A DNA stretch of 63,653 bases, filler included. It is 10 parts of 10 records of this genome, joined end to end, with 100 filler letters (N's around TTAATTAATTAA, not from the genome) between each part and the next. Parts side by side here need not be neighbours in the genome. Positions count along the whole stretch, not along the records: positions 47,985 to 57,601 come from SRR11831585_189; positions 57,702 to 60,835 come from SRR11831585_190; positions 60,936 to 63,653 come from SRR11831585_200; 7 more parts are not named here. One strand, written 5' to 3'. This document shows positions 57,482 through 63,653 of the stretch, in pieces. The position numbers and the translations under genes are program-made. The stretch's first letter is position 1. Every line of letters starts with the position of its first letter. The notes below the pieces were generated by a model. That model did not search any database, had not been told where the DNA came from, and saw only the letters and a program-made list of their open reading frames with translations.

Positions 57482-57701
57482 TCTAAACATAACCTATTAT
57501 TAATTAATGATTTTTTAAGCCAGTCACAATCTACCAACTTTATAGTATCACACAAACAACACATCCATTATGTTAAAGAGCACTTAATCCATTGATTAAA
57601 ANNNNNNNNNNNNNNNNNNNNNNNNNNNNNNNNNNNNNNNNNNNNTTAATTAATTAANNNNNNNNNNNNNNNNNNNNNNNNNNNNNNNNNNNNNNNNNNN
57701 N

Positions 57702-60700
57702 CATTAAATATTACGGATAAGGGTTACGTCACGAGTTCAATCGTCGCCATTTTAGGCTATCAGGCGGGCAGTAATGGCCAGGTTGTCGTTGAAAAGGGTG
57801 GCGAGTGGCTAATAAAAAATAATGATTCCTCGATTGAATTTCAAATTGGTAATCAAGGAACTGGGGAGGCGACTATTCGCGAGGGGGGGTTGGTTACGGC
57901 TGAAAATACGATTATCGGTGGCAATGCCACCGGTATCGGAACCCTGAATGTGCAGGATCAAGACTCTGTCATCACGGTACGCAGACTCTATAATGGATAT
58001 TTCGGTAATGGCACAGTCAATATTTCCAATAATGGACTGATTAATAACAAAGAATATTCATTGGTGGGCGTTCAGGACGGTTCCCACGGTGTCGTCAACG
58101 TGACCGATAAAGGGCATTGGAATTTCCTCGGAACGGGCGAAGCTTTCCGCTATATCTATATCGGTGATGCTGGCGACGGTGAACTTAATGTCTCGAGTGA
58201 AGGCAAAGTAGATTCGGGAATTATCACTGCGGGGATGAAAGAAACAGGCACAGGCAACATTACTGTTAAGGATAAGAACTCCGTTATCACTAATCTCGGA
58301 ACTAATCTTGGTTATGACGGCCACGGCGAAATGAATATCAGTAATCAGGGGCTTGTTGTCAGCAACGGAGGAAGTTCACTCGGTTATGGAGAAACCGGCG
58401 TCGGGAATGTCAGCATCACCACGGGGGGAATGTGGGAGGTCAATAAGAATGTCTATACCACCATTGGTGTTGCGGGCGTCGGAAACCTCAATATTAGCGA
58501 TGGCGGTAAGTTCGTATCGCAAAATATTACTTTTTTGGGCGATAAAGCAAGCGGTATCGGCACACTGAACCTGATGGATGCGACATCATCGTTCGATACT
58601 GTGGGTATCAATGTCGGTAATTTTGGTAGCGGTATCGTAAATGTCAGTAATGGTGCCACCCTTAATTCAACGGGCTATGGATTTATCGGAGGAAATGCCT
58701 CCGGTAAGGGGATAGTTAATATTTCAACGGACAGTCTCTGGAATTTAAAGACATCATCTACTAACGCACAATTGCTACAGGTCGGTGTATTAGGCACGGG
58801 TGAACTGAATATTACCACCGGAGGTATAGTTAAAGCGCGTGATACACAGATAGCTCTCAATGACAAAAGTAAGGGCGACGTGAGGGTGGATGGGCAGAAC
58901 TCTCTTCTTGAAACATTCAATATGTACGTAGGGACATCTGGTACGGGTACGTTAACCCTGACGAATAACGGTACGCTGAATGTCGAAGGTGGAGAAGTTT
59001 ACTTAGGTGTTTTTGAGCCTGCTGTAGGAACGCTAAACATTGGTGCTGCTCACGGTGAGGCGGCGGCAGATGCCGGATTTATCACCAATGCGACGAAAGT
59101 GGAGTTTGGTCTTGGCGAAGGCGTTTTTGTCTTTAATCATACCAATAACAGTGATGCCGGCTACCAGGTCGATATGCTGATTACAGGTGACGATAAAGAC
59201 GGAAAAGTGATCCATGATGCAGGCCATACGGTGTTCAATGCAGGGAATACTTATAGCGGTAAAACGCTGGTCAATGACGGCCTCCTGACCATTGCGTCTC
59301 ATACGGCAGATGGGGTAACGGGCATGGGGTCGAGTGAAGTAACCATTGCAAACCCCGGTACGCTCGACATTCTCGCATCAACGAACAGTGCAGGAGATTA
59401 CACGCTGACCAATGCGCTCAAAGGCGATGGCTTGATGCGAGTGCAGCTGTCATCCTCCGACAAGATGTTTGGCTTTACCCATGCAACAGGGACTGAATTC
59501 GCCGGTGTTGCCCAACTGAAAGACAGTACCTTCACTCTGGAACGCGACAACACCGCTGCGCTTACTCACGCGATGTTGCAGTCTGACAGTGAAAATACCA
59601 CATCGGTAAAAGTTGGAGAGCAATCCATTGGTGGACTGGCCATGAATGGAGGTACCATCATTTTCGATACGGATATTCCTGCTGCGACGCTCGCGGAGGG
59701 ATATATCAGCGTCGATACGCTGGTTGTCGGCGCGGGTGACTACACCTGGAAAGGCCGTAACTATCAGGTAAACGGGACGGGCGACGTGCTTATCGACGTG
59801 CCTAAACCGTGGAATGATCCCATGGCGAATAACCCTCTGACGACGCTCAATTTGCTGGAACACGACGATAGCCATGTCGGCGTTCAACTGGTGAAGGCGC
59901 AAACGGTTATTGGGTCGGGTGGCTCATTAACGTTACGTGATTTACAGGGCGACGAGGTGGAAGCGGACAAAACGTTACACATTGCGCAAAACGGAACGGT
60001 GGTCGCCGAGGGTGATTATGGATTCCGCCTCACGACCGCACCAGGTAATGGTTTGTACGTTAACTATGGGCTGAAAGCGCTGAACATCCATGGTGGGCAA
60101 AAGCTGACGTTAGCCGAACATGGCGGAGCCTATGGCGCAACGGCCGATATGTCGGCAAAAATCGGTGGTGAAGGGGATCTGGCAATCAATACGGTGCGAC
60201 AGGTTTCGCTTTCCAACGGTCAGAACGACTATCAGGGGGCAACCTACGTTCAGATGGGGACATTACGTACCGATGCGGATGGTGCACTTGGCAACACCCG
60301 GGAACTGAACATCAGCAACGCGGCCATCGTCGATCTTAATGGATCGACGCAGACGGTAGAGACATTCACCGGGCAGATGGGTTCGACTGTTTTGTTCAAA
60401 GAGGGGGCGCTGACGGTAAATAAAGGTGGGATCAGTCAGGGTGAACTGACAGGTGGCGGAAACCTGAATGTTACAGGGGGAACGCTGGCTATCGAGGGGC
60501 TTAATGCACGCTACAATGCGTTAACCAGCATTAGCCCAAATGCGGAAGTCAGCCTCGATAATACTCAGGGGTTAGGCAGAGGAAATATTGCCAATGACGG
60601 TCTGTTAACGCTAAAAAACGTGACTGGCGAACTGCGTAATAGCATAAGCGGGAAGGGTATCGTGAGCGCAACCGCCAGGACAGATGTAGAGTTGGATGGC

Positions 60701-60832
60701 GATAATAGCCGCTTTGTGGGGCAATTCAACATTGATACAGGCAGCGCGCTCAGCGTCAACGAGCAGAAAAACCTGGGTGATGCTTCCGTTATCAATAATG
60801 GCCTGCTCACCATCTCCACTGAGCGTAGCTGA
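57702..60832 (+). CDS. ydeK: AIDA-I-like autotransporter passenger (YdeK), 5'-truncated; ends without a beta-barrel
   Basis: Gly/Asn-rich beta-helix repeats, N.Y.G.T PATR repeats; TGA after ...ISTERS. Confidence 0.85.
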
Positions 60833-61063
60833 GTCNNNNNNNNNNNNNNNNNNNNNNNNNNNNNNNNNNNNNNNNNNNNTTAATTAATTAANNNNNNNNN
60901 NNNNNNNNNNNNNNNNNNNNNNNNNNNNNNNNNNNAAAACCGCGCGATCAGACACACGTAACCGCAAAACACTCATATACATGTAGCCATCATACGTGAC
61001 AAAGCGGAAAAACACTGCCCATACACTCATACATCCAAACGACAAAGTAAAGGGAACACACAC

Positions 61064-62170
61064 CGGAAGGTACAGCTGCTCGCTCACGACAGACTGCCTC
61101 ACCGAGGGCGGTGTGAAGCACTGAAAATACGGGTCCTGGCTGAGCTCATGACACCGAGACCGATGCTCATGATGCGGACTGAGCAGCCCCTGCAGCACAC
61201 GCACCGCACCGGCCGACACGTGCGGGGGCAGGAGAGGGGGCGAGGTGGAGGCGCGGTCGATAGAGTCTCGAATGTCGTCCGGTGTCACACCACGGAAGGG
61301 GATTACGCCTGCGATCAGCTGAAACCTATTCCGCACGTATGAGTGTGTATGTCATCAGCACTGATGGGCAACGAGGCTATTGATTACATACGCGAGCAAT
61401 CACTGCAGTCACACAAATCACCCAACCTCAAAACGCAGTGCATGTACAAGTTTCAGCATGAACACATCACACATACATGATGACGCCCAAGCTCCAGTGA
61501 TCCACCGCGTGGTTGTACGGCCGTTTCCGCAGCAACTCCGGCGCCATATAGTACGGACTGCCACAGAACGTCTGTGCGGCTACCTGCGAATCAAGCGCAC
61601 GGGCAAACCCAAAGTCGGCTAGCTTGAGAATGGCATCGGGTCCTTTGTGCGACAACAAAATGTTGGCAGGTTTGAGGTCGCGATGAATGTAGTTGCGCCC
61701 ATGAAGTACTTCTACTGCGCGCACTGTGTTTCGACGGGTAAGGTTAGATCTCCTCGCCTGACCAGAAACATCGTACCGATCTGCGACATGAAATATCGCA
61801 CTTGGTGCTCCGATAAAGCGGAATGAGAGCGTAGGTACGCATCCAGATCCATCCCGGCGCAGTATTCTAGCACCAGATATACGTACCGATCCTATGAAAG
61901 TCTTGTGAGACTTTGACGAATTATGTACACTGAGAGACATACGTCCCAGATAGTTTCCTTGAGTTGTACAATATTGGGATGCTGCATACGACTCATCTCC
62001 TCCATGACGGAAATCTCGTGGGAAAGGCGTTCCCGCAAAGGCATGCTCAACGTTCTTAGATCAATAATCTTGATCGCAACCACTTCATTGGTGACTTTGT
62101 GACGACCTTTGTAAACCACGGCGAAGCTACCCTTGCCCAAGTGAAGACGATCTAGATCGTACTTGTCCAT
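61064..62170 (-). CDS. Eukaryotic Ser/Thr kinase, ATG1/ULK-like, 3'-incomplete
   Basis: Exons 62170-61943, 61891-61777, 61723-61477, 61325-about 61064; GKGSFAVV, VAIK, HRDLKPANILL, LKLADFGFAR, CGSPYYMAPE. Confidence 0.85.
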
Positions 62171-62496
62171 TTTCGCATGTGATCACAAAAGGACAATAGC
62201 AAGGGCGCGTAGCCACGGATTACGGACAGTCTGCCGCAACCACACCACCTCGAGGTAAGGTTAGTGAAGAAAGATTGTTCATGTGTGTCCTCCTCAAATC
62301 GTTCGATCGGAGCTTTCTCCCGCACCTGTGAGATGTCAGAGAAAAAATGCTGACAGCTGCATTCAGTCTGTCTGACAGAGACAGCGCTGAAACCAGAAAC
62401 TCCATACGCGACCCCACCGTCACAGTCGTCAATTTCGCTGAGTTTGGCAACTAGTTCTGTTCCTCCAGCTGCATATTTGTATTCTGTTTGTACAAG

Positions 62497-63211
62497 ATGA
62501 CTACAGCGCGATCAGGTTCTACGAAATCACGGAAGCCGGCGCATCAGAATACTTTTGCGTTCCAGCATAACAAGGGAAGTCGGAAGACTTTAGCGATTCG
62601 TGCTATTCCTGTACACGGTGTATGTCAACGGTGTCGTGAGAAGATCGAGTGGAGGAAGAAATTTCGAAAGTACAAGCCGCTCACTCAGCCCCGACGATGG
62701 TATGTTATCTCCTTTGTTTCATGTGACACAGTTCGTAGTAACAGTATTGTGTGTACAGTCAGGTGTGCGATCAGAAAACAGTCAAGGCAGCGTACCATGT
62801 GATCTGTGATCCGTGCAGTATGGCGGGCTCGGAATGCTCTATGTGTCGGTCCAAGGACTTCAACGCGCGGTATGTTCTTTCCCCTGTGCTCTCTGTCGTT
62901 GACGTCCGGTCTTGTGTGCCGTGTGTACTGACCGTCTGCGCTGCAGAGCGGAAGAGCAAGATAAGCTGGACGCAGCGTTGCTGGAGAACGCACAGCAAAC
63001 TCTGCGAGAGCGTGAGCGGCGCTCTCTCATGCGAATCCTCGACACACAAGGCGAGGCGGAAGCGATCGCCTTCCTGCGGTCACGGTCGGGAGCGGCGGGC
63101 CCTGCTGGCTCTGGGGATGAGGAGGGTGAGGGATCGGAGGATGAACAGGACGACGAAGACGATGATGATGGAGAGGAGGAGGCCAGTGATGCCGCTGAGT
63201 CTGATTCGTGA
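62497..63211 (+). CDS. Eukaryotic C9orf85/DUF2039-like zinc-binding protein, 3 exons, acidic tail
   Basis: Exons 62497-62699, 62759-62869, 62947-63211; HQN.FAF.H, CQRCREKIEWRKKFRKYKPL, CQVC..TVKAAYHVICDPC..CSMC. Confidence 0.85.
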
Positions 63212-63653
63212 GAGGTGGTCGGTGCATGTGGATGTGTTGCTGTCACCGTGGCGCAGAGGCTGTGAACTCAGTGTGAGGATGGCGGTGTCATTCAACGGAC
63301 AGAACGCCGCAGGTGTCTGCGCGCGGAGATGCAGTTTTTATGTGACACGCGTGCTGTGTACGCAATCGGTGTGACTCCTCATGTCTGAAGGTTATATCTC
63401 TTCAGTGCGCACTGGTGGTTTTTTGTGGTGGAACGGCGCTCACCCGCCCCTGTGATTGGTGTAGTTGTGCGAGCGGTGTGTTTGGTCCGCTGGCAGTATT
63501 GCACGATCGTATCAACTCAGTAAATGCATCGCTTCCTTTTCTCTTGACGCCTACACATATGCTGCGACGACGGTCGAAGGACGGCATGCAGCTGCGTGAA
63601 ATATTTCTTGAAATGTGCAATTTACCTGCACAACACACACACACACACACACA

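Noticed and set aside
57144..57503. 119-aa ORF with repeated peptide motifs
   Set aside because: It is the translation of the CRISPR array
63402..63650. Minus-strand 82-aa ORF after a TG run and TGCAG acceptor
   Set aside because: May be a terminal exon, but the frame is ambiguous and no family is recognisable; not enough support to call
63633..63653. Terminal (CA)n/(TG)n tracts as telomeres
   Set aside because: Simple dinucleotide repeats that also occur internally and next to splice acceptors; typical assembly break points

Overview
This window is not one genome region. It is ten unrelated contigs joined by identical 100-nt spacers (N44-TTAATTAATTAA-N44). Seven contigs are E. coli K-12-like: yihF-polA-spf-csrC-hemN; frlRDCBA-cysG-nirC; sbmC-yeeA-tmaR plus the CP4-44 cbeA/cbtA module; rcn-thiMD-yeg-fbaB-gat; gdhA-ynj; ygcQ..ygcE plus CRISPR2; and part of ydeK. 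Three contigs (17511-20426, 44297-47884, 60936-63653) come from an unidentified, gene-dense eukaryote with short GT-AG introns, TG/CA/GA microsatellites and the standard genetic code. I spliced these by hand and recovered an 8-exon rhomboid protease, a C9orf85/DUF2039 homolog, an ATG1/ULK-like kinase, terminal exons of CEPT- and PLAC8-like genes, and a 5-exon SAM-like + degenerate restriction-endonuclease-fold (Crinkler-type) protein. Best leads: (1) twin covarying antiterminator/terminator RNA leaders ahead of the divergent ygcW and yqcE operons, a probable GlpP-family (YgcP) antitermination system controlling a cryptic catabolic pathway; (2) the eukaryotic SAM + pseudo-REase effector-like gene; (3) an unannotated 57-aa membrane/basic ORF between yihI and hemN. 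All identifications are by recognition and hand analysis; no searches were run.
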